Made by a program: the position numbers and the translations under genes. DNA of 64,000 nt from Candidatus Saccharimonadia bacterium (lineage in GTDB: Bacteria > Patescibacteriota > Saccharimonadia > UBA4664 > SCTI01), in the NCBI GenBank assembly GCA_046597065.1, contig JBKJLI010000002.1, forward strand, positions 52,071-116,070. Direction: 5' to 3'. The notes beneath the pieces were generated by a model. It saw nothing but the letters and a program-made list of their open reading frames with translations, made no database searches and was not told the DNA's origin. Below, piece by piece: positions 36,430 to 46,763 of this stretch. Each line of letters starts with the position of its first letter. The stretch's first letter is position 1.

Positions 36430-38850
36430 ATGAACAAGTATGATCCCAAGGCTCTAGAGCCCAAGTGGCAGCAAATCTGGGCCGACACCAAGCTGTTCCA
36501 GGCTACCGAAAAGCCGGGCGCCGATAAACGTTATATTATCGACATGTTTCCCTACCCATCGGGCGTCGGTTTGCATGTGGGCCATGTGCGCAACTTTTCG
36601 ATCAGTGACACCTTTGCGCTGTATCAGCGGCAGTTGGGCAAGAACGTTATCCGCACGGTTGGGTTTGATGCCTTTGGTTTGCCCACCGAAAACTACGCCA
36701 TTAAAACTGGTATTTCGCCGCAGCAAGCCACAACCGATCAGGTAAAGGTATTTAAGGGCCAGCTAGAACGGTTAGGCATGAGTTACGACTGGGAGCGCGA
36801 GGTGCTAACCAGCGATCCAAAGTACTACCGCTGGACGCAGTGGATCTTTTTACAGCTGCTAAATAAAAAACTGGCCTACCAAAAAGAGAACTTACAATGG
36901 TGGTGCGAGCATGACCAAACGGTACTGGCCGATGAGCAGGTGGTAAATGGTCGGTGCTGGCGCTGCGAAAACCCGGTTGTTAAAAAATCATTAAAGCAGT
37001 GGTTCTTTAAGATTACCGACTATGCCGATGAGCTGCTTGAGGGCTTGGAAGATCTAGACTGGCCGGAAAAGATTAAATCTCAACAGCGCAACTGGATTGG
37101 TCGCAGCGTTGGGGCTGAGATTAAGTTTGCGGTTGATGGTTCGGAAGCTGAGATAAGTGTTTTCACAACTCGGGTGGATACGCTGTTCGGCGCGACCTTT
37201 ATGGCGCTGGCACCCGAGCATGAGCTGGTTCAGAAGCTGACTACCGCCGATTATAAATCTGAGGTTGAGGCCTACGTTAAATCTACTGATGCCAAGACCG
37301 AGATTGAGCGGATGAGTACCGATCGTGAAAAAACCGGGGTGTTTACTGGCGCTTATGCTGTTAATCCCGCTACCAAAGCCAAAATTCCGATCTGGGTGGC
37401 CGACTACGTGCTGGCCGGTTACGGTAGTGGCGCGGTGATGGCGGTGCCGGCTCATGACGCTCGCGACCACGAGTTTGCGACCAAGTTTAAGCTGCCAATT
37501 CGCAAGGTGGTCGAGTCAGAGGAAGAGAATTACCTCGGCGAGGGCCCATTGGTTAGCTCTGGGGAGTTTTCTGGAAAGCAATCATCTGAGGCCCGCGAAT
37601 CAATGACCAAAGCCTTTGGCGCCGAGCGCGTTAACTACAAAATGCGCGATTGGCTAATAAGCCGCCAGCGTTATTGGGGCGCGCCGATCCCAGTAGTTCA
37701 CTGTAAAAACTGCGGTGTTGTTCCGGTGCCCGAAGATCAGCTACCGGTTGAGCTGCCACCGCTGGAGTCTTACGAGCCGGCCGGCGATGGCCGCTCGGCG
37801 CTGGCGCGGGCCACGGACTGGCTGCACGTTGACTGCCCCAAGTGCGGTGGCAAGGCCGAACGCGAAACCGACACCATGGATGGCTACGCTTGCAGTAGTT
37901 GGTACTTTTTGCGCTATCTTGATCCGCACAACTCCAACGAGGCATTTAATAAGCAGATTGCAGACTATTGGATGCCGGTGGATATCTACGTTGGTGCCGA
38001 CCACGCGGTTGCCCATTTACTGTATGCCCGTTTTTGGACCAAGTTCTTTGCCGATCAAGGCTTGCTAAGCGTGCGCGAGCCGTTTAAGGGGCTGCGCTAT
38101 AATGGCTACATTTTGGCTCCAGACGGGACAAAAATGAGTAAGTCTAAGGGCAATGTGGTCGACCCACTCGATTTGATTAACCAGGGTTACGGCGCCGACG
38201 CTTTGCGACTTTATGAGCTGTTTATCGGTCCATACGAACAAAACATTAACTGGAACCCAACCGGCATTGATGGCACCAAGCGCTTTATAAACCGAGTGTT
38301 TGCGCTAGTTCAAGATCACTTGGCGGCTCAGGGCGCTAGTTCGACTACAATCCCCACTCTCGAAACTGCCTTAGCGCAAACGGTGCATCGGGTCACAAAG
38401 AAAGTGACTATCGACCTAGAGTCTTTTACCTTAAACACCCCGATCGCGGCCATGATGGAGGCGGTTAATGAAATGTACAAACTTAAAGTCGACCTACCGC
38501 TTGGCAGTGAGGCCTGGGAACGGGCGTTGCGCCAACTCGTCCAAATCCTAGCTCCATTCGCCCCACACGTTACCGAGGAGCTATGGCAGCAGCTTGGTGG
38601 CGAGGGCAGCGTGCACGTAGCAGCATGGCCAAAATGGGATGATCAATTGGTGAAAGAAGAACTGGTTACGGTCGTCGTCCAGGTAAACGGTAAGGTCCGT
38701 GCAACTCTGGAACTGCTGGCAGGTGCAAGCGAAGAGGATGCGACGAAAGCCGCTCACGCGAATGAAAATGTTAAGAATATGCTCCAGGGTAAAAAAATCG
38801 TCAAGACAATTTATGTTAAGGATAGAATTTTAAACTTGGTGATCAAGTAA
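36430..38850 (+). CDS. leuS: Leucine--tRNA ligase
   Basis: MFPYPSG, HVGH, SRQRYWG, KMSKS, VQVNGK. Confidence 0.98.
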   Translation: MNKYDPKALEPKWQQIWADTKLFQATEKPGADKRYIIDMFPYPSGVGLHVGHVRNFSISDTFALYQRQLGKNVIRTVGFDAFGLPTENYAIKTGISPQQATTDQVKVFKGQLERLGMSYDWEREVLTSDPKYYRWTQWIFLQLLNKKLAYQKENLQWWCEHDQTVLADEQVVNGRCWRCENPVVKKSLKQWFFKITDYADELLEGLEDLDWPEKIKSQQRNWIGRSVGAEIKFAVDGSEAEISVFTTRVDTLFGATFMALAPEHELVQKLTTADYKSEVEAYVKSTDAKTEIERMSTDREKTGVFTGAYAVNPATKAKIPIWVADYVLAGYGSGAVMAVPAHDARDHEFATKFKLPIRKVVESEEENYLGEGPLVSSGEFSGKQSSEARESMTKAFGAERVNYKMRDWLISRQRYWGAPIPVVHCKNCGVVPVPEDQLPVELPPLESYEPAGDGRSALARATDWLHVDCPKCGGKAERETDTMDGYACSSWYFLRYLDPHNSNEAFNKQIADYWMPVDIYVGADHAVAHLLYARFWTKFFADQGLLSVREPFKGLRYNGYILAPDGTKMSKSKGNVVDPLDLINQGYGADALRLYELFIGPYEQNINWNPTGIDGTKRFINRVFALVQDHLAAQGASSTTIPTLETALAQTVHRVTKKVTIDLESFTLNTPIAAMMEAVNEMYKLKVDLPLGSEAWERALRQLVQILAPFAPHVTEELWQQLGGEGSVHVAAWPKWDDQLVKEELVTVVVQVNGKVRATLELLAGASEEDATKAAHANENVKNMLQGKKIVKTIYVKDRILNLVIK

Positions 38851-38899
38851 CGGCTTGTAAACCAGATCAAAATCGGGTATAGTCGGGCCTAAGAGTGCA

Positions 38900-39325
38900 A
38901 TGCAAATCGACATCAACCATCTATTAAGAGCCGAGACGGGCGTACGTGATACTTACGAGATTGACGGCGAGCGTCCGGATCTAGAGGATGTGGTGTTGAA
39001 AGCTCCGATCACCGGATCGATCACCGTTATGCGGACGCGAGATGGTATCGAGATGAACGGCCGTTTAAGCGCGACCGTTGAAATAGAGTGTGATCGTTGT
39101 TTGCGCCCTTTCGAGTATCAGCTCGAATATCCTCTGGCGGCTTGTTTTGCTGAAAAGCCGGATGAGGATCAGTTTGCGATTGATCGTTACGGCAAAATCA
39201 ACATTGATGAGGCCGTTCGCCAAGACTTACTGGTTCGACTGCCCCAGCAACGGCTTTGCCAAGAAGACTGTAAGGGCATAGAATTAACTAACCAGCAGCA
39301 TAAGGAAACTCATGGCCGTACCTAA
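38900..39325 (+). CDS. YceD/DUF177 protein
   Basis: CDRC...LCQEDCKG; upstream of rpmF. Confidence 0.9.
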   Translation: MQIDINHLLRAETGVRDTYEIDGERPDLEDVVLKAPITGSITVMRTRDGIEMNGRLSATVEIECDRCLRPFEYQLEYPLAACFAEKPDEDQFAIDRYGKINIDEAVRQDLLVRLPQQRLCQEDCKGIELTNQQHKETHGRT

Positions 39326-39482
39326 GAAACGTACTTCTAAGACCCGTAAGGGCAATCGTCGTAGCCACGACGCAATTACCGCACCACACTTACAAACCGC
39401 CAGCGATGGTATATTAGCTCCTCGCCGCCTGCACAAGGCAATCAGTTTGGGGCTGACTAAATTTGTGCGTAAGGGCCGCTAA
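39312..39482 (+). CDS. rpmF: 50S ribosomal protein L32 (Cys-free form)
   Basis: Hand-translated MAVPKKRTSKTRKGNRRSHDA...; missing from the ORF track. Confidence 0.93.
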   Translation: MAVPKKRTSKTRKGNRRSHDAITAPHLQTASDGILAPRRLHKAISLGLTKFVRKGR

Positions 39483-39485
39483 ACA

Positions 39486-39944
39486 ATGGCCTCAAATCGT
39501 CATCTTGGGCGGATAGTGGCGATGCAGACACTTTATGAGTATGACTTTCGTGAAGAGGCCGATGCCGATTTGGACAAAAAGGTGGTACTAGATCGAAACC
39601 TAGGCGAGTTCGATGATGCCATTGATGATAAGAACTTTGTTCATGATTTGGTTTCGGGCGTCGAAGAGCACCAAAAAGCGATTGACGGTATTATTGCACC
39701 AGCAGCACCGGATTGGCCGGTTGACCAGATTGCCAAGATCGATAAGGTGATTTTACGCATCGGTGTCTATGAGCTGTTAATTAAGCGTGATGTACCCCCA
39801 AAGGTAGCCATTAATGAGGCGGTTGAACTGGCCAAAGCCTTTGGTGGCGAGAACTCAAGTAAATTTATTAATGGTGTCTTAGGCACCGTATATCGTGGAA
39901 GTGATGTCTACCAACCAGAAGAAGAAACGCAAAAGTCCGCCTAA
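39486..39944 (+). CDS. nusB: Transcription antitermination factor NusB
   Basis: [30 protein letters not shown]. Confidence 0.96.
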   Translation: MASNRHLGRIVAMQTLYEYDFREEADADLDKKVVLDRNLGEFDDAIDDKNFVHDLVSGVEEHQKAIDGIIAPAAPDWPVDQIAKIDKVILRIGVYELLIKRDVPPKVAINEAVELAKAFGGENSSKFINGVLGTVYRGSDVYQPEEETQKSA

Positions 39945-40389
39945 AGCCCCACGCACTAAAGCGGTAAAAGAGTTTACCGCTGGCGGTATGGTTTTTCGTC
40001 GTACCGGTACCGGCAGCATTGATATATTGATGATCCAGGATCGACTGGGGCGGTGGACGATACCTAAGGGCCACGTGGAAGAGGGTGAGAGCTTAGAGCA
40101 AACGGCAGTGCGTGAGGTGGGGGAGGAAACCGGGTTAACCAAACTAGCGATTAAGGACAAACTTGATAAGATTCACTTCTTTTATCGCAAAGAGGGCAAA
40201 CTTATTTACATGACTACGCACGTATTTTTAATCGAGGCACTGGGTGATACCAACGCATTGGTGCCCGAAAATAGTGAGGGGATTGTTGATGCTAAGTGGT
40301 TCCCATACGCCGAGGCGCTAAAGCTAATTGAGTATAAGGATACGGAGCGACTGTTTAATTTGGGTCTGGCCAAATTGGAGTTGTCATGA
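39904..40389 (+). CDS. NUDIX hydrolase
   Basis: [23 protein letters not shown] Nudix box. Confidence 0.92.
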   Translation: MSTNQKKKRKSPPKAPRTKAVKEFTAGGMVFRRTGTGSIDILMIQDRLGRWTIPKGHVEEGESLEQTAVREVGEETGLTKLAIKDKLDKIHFFYRKEGKLIYMTTHVFLIEALGDTNALVPENSEGIVDAKWFPYAEALKLIEYKDTERLFNLGLAKLELS

Positions 40390-41096
40390 GCGAAATGGTT
40401 GAGACTTTAGATACAGATGTGTTAGCAACAGAGCTAGGCTTCGAATTTAATGATCCAATGATTTTACGCCAAGCCATGACCCACCGCTCTTATTTAAATG
40501 AACATCCTAAAACCGGGCTAGAACATAACGAGCGGCTGGAGTTTTTGGGCGATGCGGTGCTAGAGCTAGTCGTTACCGATTACTTGTATCGAAATTACCC
40601 CAATGCCGAAGGGGATTTAACCAACTGGCGCAGTGCTTTGGTAAAAACTGAGTCTTTGAGTGCGGTGGCTGAAAGACTCGATTTTGATCGGTTTCTAATG
40701 CTGAGCAAAGGTGAAAGCAAAGGCAACGCTCGTAGCCGTGCATTAATTCATGCCAACTGTGTAGAGGCAACCATCGGCGCAATTTATATGGATCAAGGTT
40801 ATGAAGCTGCAAAAAAGTTTGTCACCAACCACATCATCAGCACTCTACCGACTATCTTAAAGGATGGAACTTGGGTTGATCCTAAAAGTCGATTTCAAGA
40901 AGTGGCTCAAGAACAAGAAGGCCACACGCCACACTATCGGGTACTCGAAGAAACCGGACCAGATCATGATAAAATATTTATAGTGGGTGTGTACGTGGGC
41001 GAGCGTCTGTATGGTAAGGGGCAAGGCTCCAGCAAGCAGGCCGCCCAGCAACAGGCTGCTGCCGTTGCTTTGAAAAGCCTCAAGCCATCCAAATAG
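40386..41096 (+). CDS. rnc: Ribonuclease III
   Basis: NERLEFLGDAVL, dsRBD. Confidence 0.97.
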   Translation: MSEMVETLDTDVLATELGFEFNDPMILRQAMTHRSYLNEHPKTGLEHNERLEFLGDAVLELVVTDYLYRNYPNAEGDLTNWRSALVKTESLSAVAERLDFDRFLMLSKGESKGNARSRALIHANCVEATIGAIYMDQGYEAAKKFVTNHIISTLPTILKDGTWVDPKSRFQEVAQEQEGHTPHYRVLEETGPDHDKIFIVGVYVGERLYGKGQGSSKQAAQQQAAAVALKSLKPSK

Positions 41097-41190
41097 TCTA
41101 ATACTTGCTAAGCGTAAGCGCTTTGTGGTATTACAGAGTTGCAAGACGGCTACATGCCGACCCCGTGTACATCGAAAGAAAGGTGTCACC

Positions 41191-41907
41191 ATGCCCGAAT
41201 ATCGCCGTTTGGTGGTTGTTGCGGGCACCGGTGTGCCTCCTATAGCTGCCCCACTGCTTTACAGGCAGTTTGCCCGGCTGTCGCCAGTTTCAAAGGTGTT
41301 TGCTTTGCCCCGGCTGGGGCTTGGCCATAGTCATGATGCCGCGCTTGATCTGGCTCCGCGAATCCATGAGTATCTGGCGGGTGAAGGCGACGTACTGGGT
41401 GATTCCCAGGGTGGCTACCCGGCTATCAACTATGCCTACAACCACCCCGATGAGGTCCGCCATCTAGTGTTGCTGTCGGTACCGCTAGATGGAACCGGTG
41501 CGGCTCGAATCATTGATACCGCCGGTACGCGCTGTATGCGCCCTGGTAGCCGCTATATCGACAAGATTCGTGGTATGGCTAAGGAGCTGGCCGAGTATCA
41601 GGGCGGCCCCAGGATCATCTGTATCTCCAGTGGCCATGACTACCTGGTGCCCTGGGAATCGGCGTTTTTGCACGCGCACGCCGATAACCCGAGAGTTGTA
41701 AACATTTGCGTGGGGCATTCCGGTACAAAGCCGCCTCATCCGTCGGTTCGGGTCGTGCCAGTTAGGTACGGCGCCGTTCACATGCACCTCTCGGAAGTTT
41801 TTCTACGCGGCACCAGCGGCGTGGTGGCGGTTGAGCTCGGTTATGCCGCCCCAGTGGCCGACGCAAGCTTCGATCTGACCGCCAAGCCAGAACTGGTGCC
41901 GGCGTAA
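41191..41907 (+). CDS. Alpha/beta-hydrolase (lipase-like)
   Basis: GDSQGG nucleophile elbow, PLDGT, DYLVP; GAAAGG SD before ATG 41191. Confidence 0.75.
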   Translation: MPEYRRLVVVAGTGVPPIAAPLLYRQFARLSPVSKVFALPRLGLGHSHDAALDLAPRIHEYLAGEGDVLGDSQGGYPAINYAYNHPDEVRHLVLLSVPLDGTGAARIIDTAGTRCMRPGSRYIDKIRGMAKELAEYQGGPRIICISSGHDYLVPWESAFLHAHADNPRVVNICVGHSGTKPPHPSVRVVPVRYGAVHMHLSEVFLRGTSGVVAVELGYAAPVADASFDLTAKPELVPA

Positions 41908-41911
41908 GGAT

Positions 41912-41961
41912 CAAAGGGTTCCCTTTCTGGCATGGATGCTAGGAAGGGAACTTTTGCTTTT
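41912..41961 (+). terminator. Long hairpin terminator
   Basis: CAAAGGGTTCCCTTTCTGGCAT / ATGCTAGGAAGGGAACTTTTG plus T-run. Confidence 0.8.
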
Positions 41962-42031
41962 CACCTGGTTGACAGATAAGGCCAAAATCGGTAAAATCTA
42001 ATCCGTTGCTTAAGAGATTTAATCTGAATTA

Positions 42032-42532
42032 ATGTTAGTTATTCGCCTGGCCCGTGGTGGTCGAACCAAATATCCGGTATACCGCATTGTTGCGGCTGAG
42101 TCTTCACGTGCATCGACCGGTAAGTTTGTCGAGATTCTAGGTCAGTACAACCCCCATACTAAGGAATTATCACTTGATAAAGAGCAGATTGCCCGTCGAC
42201 TGGGTCATGGTGCTCAGCCATCAAATTCGGTGGCCAAGCTTTTAAAGCGTGAAGGCGTTAAGTTGCCTGAATGGGTAAAGCTAGAAACCAAGAATAAGGC
42301 CCCTAAAAAGGAGCCGGTTGTTAAGGAAGCAGCGCCGGTAGCAGCAGAAGCATCTACCGAAGAGCCAGTTGCTGAAGAAGTAGCAGAGGCACCGGCCGAA
42401 GAAACTGTAGTTGAATCACCTGCCCAAGAACGAGTAGCCGAGGTCGCTACCGAAAACGCCGCCGAGGTGGCTGAAAACGCTGAACCACCAGCCGAGGATC
42501 AGCCTGCTACCGAGACCACCGAAGCCGCCTAG
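42032..42532 (+). CDS. rpsP: 30S ribosomal protein S16 with acidic tail
   Basis: IRLARGG..YRIVAA..GKFVEILGQYNP..GAQPS. Confidence 0.96.
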   Translation: MLVIRLARGGRTKYPVYRIVAAESSRASTGKFVEILGQYNPHTKELSLDKEQIARRLGHGAQPSNSVAKLLKREGVKLPEWVKLETKNKAPKKEPVVKEAAPVAAEASTEEPVAEEVAEAPAEETVVESPAQERVAEVATENAAEVAENAEPPAEDQPATETTEAA

Positions 42533-42596
42533 CATTTTGCTCGCGCCCTCGACCCAAAGTACGCTATTATATCCACAACAGTAACGGCGAGGCAAT

Positions 42597-43031
42597 ATGG
42601 CAGATTTACGCGAAGATTTTGTTAATTATGTGGTAAAGGCGCTGGTAACCAAACCAGATGCAGTAGTTTTAAAAAGAGTCGAAGACGATAAGGGTGAGTA
42701 TCTAGAGCTTACCGTTGATTCGGCCGACATGGGTAAGGTAATTGGTAAGGCTGGCGCAACCGCAAAAAGCTTGCGTACCTTGCTGCGCGGTGTTGGAGCA
42801 AAAGAGGACTTACCTCCATTGCCAATCAAAATTGTTGATCCTGAGGGCAGCGATTTTAAAAAGCCGGTAAAAGATGAACAAGTGGCTGAGCAAGCAGCCG
42901 ATGACGTTGATGCTGCACCCGAGCCAGAGGATGCCCCCAAGGCTGTGGTAGTGCCGGAGGCCGACGATCACAACGAGCTTCATGAACGAACCAAGCGCGA
43001 GGCCGAGGAGTTGGCCGACCTCGAGCTTTAA
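42597..43031 (+). CDS. khpA: KH-domain RNA-binding protein
   Basis: DMGKVIGKAGATAKSLRTLL; follows rpsP. Confidence 0.9.
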   Translation: MADLREDFVNYVVKALVTKPDAVVLKRVEDDKGEYLELTVDSADMGKVIGKAGATAKSLRTLLRGVGAKEDLPPLPIKIVDPEGSDFKKPVKDEQVAEQAADDVDAAPEPEDAPKAVVVPEADDHNELHERTKREAEELADLEL

Positions 43032-43046
43032 GCGACAACTGCGAAT

Positions 43047-43721
43047 ATGAGAATAGACATAATCACCTTGTTCCCCGACATGTTCAAGGGCCCGTTCGAT
43101 ATGAGTATGCTGTGGAAGGCTCAAGACAAGGGGCTGGTTAAATTAGCCTTTCATGATTTACGCGATTTTGGCTTAACCGAACGTCGAACGGTTGATGATA
43201 AGCCTTATGGCGGTGGTGACGGCATGCTCTTAAAGGTTGATGTGGTAGTGGCGGCTATCGAGCACGCAAGAAAGCTTAACCCTAAGGCTACGGTAGTACT
43301 GTTATCACCGCAGGGCCCAAGGTTTGAGCAATCTAAAGCTGTTGAGTTATCCGGCCAACCGGGTTTGATTATGGTGGCTGGTCATTATGAAGGATTTGAT
43401 GAGCGGGTCGTAAAATATGCCGATTGCGAGCTGTCGATTGGAGATTATATATTAACCGGAGGCGAACTTGCTGCCATGGTAGTTATAGATGCCGTAGTGC
43501 GGTTACTACCGGGTGTGCTTGGGGGCGAGCAAAGCGCCCACATAGAATCGTTTAGTGATGAATTATTGGAATACCCACAATATACTCGGCCGGTTGAGTT
43601 CCGGGGCGATAAAGTACCCGATGTACTGCAAAACGGTAACCACGCCGACATTATGCGTTGGCGCAGCGAGCAGGCTCAAGTTAAGACCCGCCAAAACCGC
43701 CCTGATCTTATAAAAGAGTAG
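43047..43721 (+). CDS. trmD: tRNA (m1G37) methyltransferase
   Basis: DDKPYGGG, GHYEGFDER, SIGDYILTGGE, EYPQYTRP. Confidence 0.97.
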   Translation: MRIDIITLFPDMFKGPFDMSMLWKAQDKGLVKLAFHDLRDFGLTERRTVDDKPYGGGDGMLLKVDVVVAAIEHARKLNPKATVVLLSPQGPRFEQSKAVELSGQPGLIMVAGHYEGFDERVVKYADCELSIGDYILTGGELAAMVVIDAVVRLLPGVLGGEQSAHIESFSDELLEYPQYTRPVEFRGDKVPDVLQNGNHADIMRWRSEQAQVKTRQNRPDLIKE

Positions 43722-43724
43722 TTA

Positions 43725-44828
43725 TTACTGCAAGGATTGGAATATTTGCTGGCTAGCGTTTGTAAATGCCTGTGGTGCACTGCCTAGGTTTCCCCAAGGT
43801 CCACTCATTATCGAGACCACATAGGCACCCTTGGGGCCATAGACAATACCGGCGTCGTGAACCAAGCCGTTTAAGTCGCCGGTTTTATGGGCAATGCTAG
43901 TACCGGCGGGAAGCCCGGTTGGTAATCGATCATTAACTATTTGAGCTTTTAATAAGCCAATAAAATTAGTGGTACTGTTTGGGCTTAAGGCGGTGCCTTC
44001 GTATAACTTTTTAAGCAGAAGAGCAACGTCGCTGGCGCTGGTAATTTCGTTGCTATGGGCTTGTAAGCTAGTGTGAGCATAACCGCTAGTACGCAAGGCA
44101 GCATTTTGGCGCTCCCAGCCAACCAAGGTTCCTAATGCCTCGCCACAGGTGTTATCTGAAACCGTGATCATAGTATTAAGGCAATCAGCTACATTTTTTC
44201 CGGTTCCGGGAACGGCCGAACCATAGGTTAGCTTACCGCTATCGATCGCGCGGTAAACCGACTCGGCCACAAACAGTTTGTATAAACTAGCGCTTATCAT
44301 GGGGGCGTCGGCGTTACTGCTGGCAGTTGCCCCAGATGCAAGATCGTAAACGCTGATGCTTACGGGCGCACCAAAGCTGGCGGCAATTTTGGTGATGCTC
44401 GACTGCAAACGGGTTTGAATAACCGATGCGTTACTTGTGGTGGTTTGATCTGCGGGTACGGTTGCGGCGGCTGCAACAGGAGTAGCTGTTTTGGCATTGG
44501 CTTTAACTGCCGACTGCCCTCGGACGTTATAAATAAATAACCCAACACCAATAGCAGCCACCAAAATGGTTGCCGCCATTAGGTAGCTTAAAATTGGGCG
44601 GCGAGCGGCCTCGTAAGTAGCGGCCTCAACTGCAGGTGCAAGTTGAGGCATAGTTATCGCCGCCGGAGTAATTGAGCTTTCGGCTTCAATAATCCTACGA
44701 ATACCATCAATAGCCATGACTGGTCTAGGCCGCTGTAAAGGCCGCACTAAACGCACTGGAATTATATGAACTCCAGCATCAACAGGTTGCACCAGACTCC
44801 GGCGCGAAATTCCATCAACCGCTAACAT
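43725..44828 (-). CDS. Membrane-anchored serine hydrolase, class A beta-lactamase-like
   Basis: SLYK, SDN, HKTG motifs after a TM segment. Confidence 0.88.
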   Translation of the reverse strand: MLAVDGISRRSLVQPVDAGVHIIPVRLVRPLQRPRPVMAIDGIRRIIEAESSITPAAITMPQLAPAVEAATYEAARRPILSYLMAATILVAAIGVGLFIYNVRGQSAVKANAKTATPVAAAATVPADQTTTSNASVIQTRLQSSITKIAASFGAPVSISVYDLASGATASSNADAPMISASLYKLFVAESVYRAIDSGKLTYGSAVPGTGKNVADCLNTMITVSDNTCGEALGTLVGWERQNAALRTSGYAHTSLQAHSNEITSASDVALLLKKLYEGTALSPNSTTNFIGLLKAQIVNDRLPTGLPAGTSIAHKTGDLNGLVHDAGIVYGPKGAYVVSIMSGPWGNLGSAPQAFTNASQQIFQSLQ

Positions 44829-44912
44829 GCTTCTATTTAACCACTAGCGGGATACCTGGCGCAAACCTAGCTAAGCTATGTACAATGAAAGTAAGTTAAC
44901 GAGGCCCATATT

Positions 44913-45515
44913 ATGTTTACCGTTCCTGATCTAACATTCGACTTTGACGCTCTTGAACCGCATATCGATGCAAAAACCATGGAGATTCATCATGATAAGC
45001 ATCATGCGGCCTATGTGCAAAAACTTAATGATGCATTAGAGGGTTTTGATGACCTGCTTAAACTCGATGTTGCTGAGCTGTTAGTAAATAATCTCGAAAA
45101 GGTTCCTGAAGCCAGGCGGACTGCCGTTAAAAATAATGGCGGCGGCCACCTAAATCACACCATGTTTTGGACGCTGCTTAGCCCCAATGGAGGTGGTGAG
45201 CCAGATGGCGAACTTGCCGATGCCATCAATAAAGACTTTGGTAGCCTAGATGAGTTTAAAGCCAAGTTTAAAGAGGCAGCCGTGGGTCGATTTGGTAGTG
45301 GTTGGGCATGGCTATGTAAAGACTCCGATGGCCTTCACGTTTGCAGCACCGCCAATCAAGACAATCCACTATTGGATGGTCATACTCCCATCTTGGGATT
45401 AGACGTTTGGGAGCACGCCTACTACCTTAAATACGCCAATAAGCGCCCCGATTATGTAGATGCATTTTGGAATGTGGTCAACTGGGATGAAGTTGCCAAG
45501 CGTTTCGCGGCCTAG
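44913..45515 (+). CDS. sodA: Superoxide dismutase (Mn/Fe)
   Basis: [25 protein letters not shown]. Confidence 0.95.
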   Translation: MFTVPDLTFDFDALEPHIDAKTMEIHHDKHHAAYVQKLNDALEGFDDLLKLDVAELLVNNLEKVPEARRTAVKNNGGGHLNHTMFWTLLSPNGGGEPDGELADAINKDFGSLDEFKAKFKEAAVGRFGSGWAWLCKDSDGLHVCSTANQDNPLLDGHTPILGLDVWEHAYYLKYANKRPDYVDAFWNVVNWDEVAKRFAA

Positions 45516-45570
45516 CCAACTCCTTGAGGCGAGGGCGATAATTTGTTAACATAGCCAGGTTCAAATCTGA

Positions 45571-45645
45571 TGGGGCGTGGCCAAGTGGTAAGGCGCTTGA
45601 TTCTGGCTCAAGAGATCGTAGGTTCGAATCCTACCGCCCCAGCCA
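45571..45645 (+). tRNA. tRNA-Gln(CTG)
   Basis: TGGGGCG acceptor, CTTGA-TTCTGGC-TCAAG, CCA. Confidence 0.96.
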
Positions 45646-45700
45646 TTGCACTTATGCTTAAATAATGGCATCATCATAATGATATAAAGGGTAGATAGGT

Positions 45701-45991
45701 ATGCATCTGTACACAGGGACAATTGGACGTCTGGCTTTCCTCGCGGGCTATGTCGTATTTTTTGTATGTGCGGCTTTTGTGGCTTACTTAGTTAGAACCG
45801 TTGATCCATCATTTACGCCCTTAGCATTTATATTTGGACTCATTGCTGTTCCACTAGTCTTTTCTCTTCTTATTAGGCGCCTAAATGATATAAATATTTC
45901 GGGCTGGCTGGCGCTTTTAATTTTGATACCAGGCATTAATTTAATTTTCATTCTTGGGCTAATATTTTGGCCCGGCCAATCTTCAAATTAG
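45701..45991 (+). CDS. DUF805 membrane protein
   Basis: IGRLAF...IRRLNDINISGW...PG. Confidence 0.85.
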   Translation: MHLYTGTIGRLAFLAGYVVFFVCAAFVAYLVRTVDPSFTPLAFIFGLIAVPLVFSLLIRRLNDINISGWLALLILIPGINLIFILGLIFWPGQSSN

Positions 45992-46154
45992 ATATATCAA
46001 TTTTATGATCAAGAATTAAATCAACGGCTAGTCTTTCCCTGATCGTAATCTCGACATCAAAATTTGCTAAGTCATAGCTTAAATTATTTGTTGAAATATT
46101 TACTAATAACTCGCGACTGCTCATTAATATAAATAATTGATATTATATGGGTAA

Positions 46155-46643
46155 GTGAAACAACCTGCGCAGCCTAAATATGTTTACGAATTGGCCGAAC
46201 CGGCTGGTAAGAATTTTGATTCAAAATTTAAGCCGGAATTAACGCCCAAGAAAATGCTTAAACTGGGTGTTTTTGGGGGCTCATATTTAAATGATAGTCA
46301 GGCTGAGTTTCCAGCAGACTGGTTTAGGGATGCTAGGCTCAGCGACCACGGCCCAGATGCAAAATACAACTATTATGAGGTAATTGCCAGCCAACCTTTG
46401 GCTATTTGGCAGCAAAAGGGCTGGATTCACCAAGCAGATCCCATCGGTTGGTTTCAGTGGTACTGTCGCTATTATTTGGGTCGAAGATTAGGGCAAGAAG
46501 ATCAGCGACAAATAAAGCGCTGGTATGCTATGCGTCGACATATTAGCCAGGTAAAAAAGAACTGTTTTAGCTGCGACCAGAATTGCCGCCCCAAGCAGCG
46601 CCAGGCATTACTTCAATGGGCTTATGACAGTAGGAAAATATAA
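46155..46643 (+). CDS. Conserved hypothetical protein
   Basis: Aromatic-rich motifs LTPKKMLKLGVFGG, DPIGWFQWYCRYYLGRR, RQALLQWAYD. Confidence 0.75.
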   Translation: MKQPAQPKYVYELAEPAGKNFDSKFKPELTPKKMLKLGVFGGSYLNDSQAEFPADWFRDARLSDHGPDAKYNYYEVIASQPLAIWQQKGWIHQADPIGWFQWYCRYYLGRRLGQEDQRQIKRWYAMRRHISQVKKNCFSCDQNCRPKQRQALLQWAYDSRKI

Positions 46644-46763
46644 TATAAGATTCTATTAATAAACAACGCCCAGCTCTGTTTCATGGGTTTTCTTAATCTA
46701 TTAATTTTACTTTAAAGATACCGCCCTAAACGGGAGTAACTGCAAGTCTGATACAATATTTTT

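Noticed and set aside
43725-44828. Antibiotic-resistance beta-lactamase
   Set aside because: SxxK/SDN/KTG motifs are shared with membrane-anchored PBP-like hydrolases; resistance cannot be inferred from sequence.
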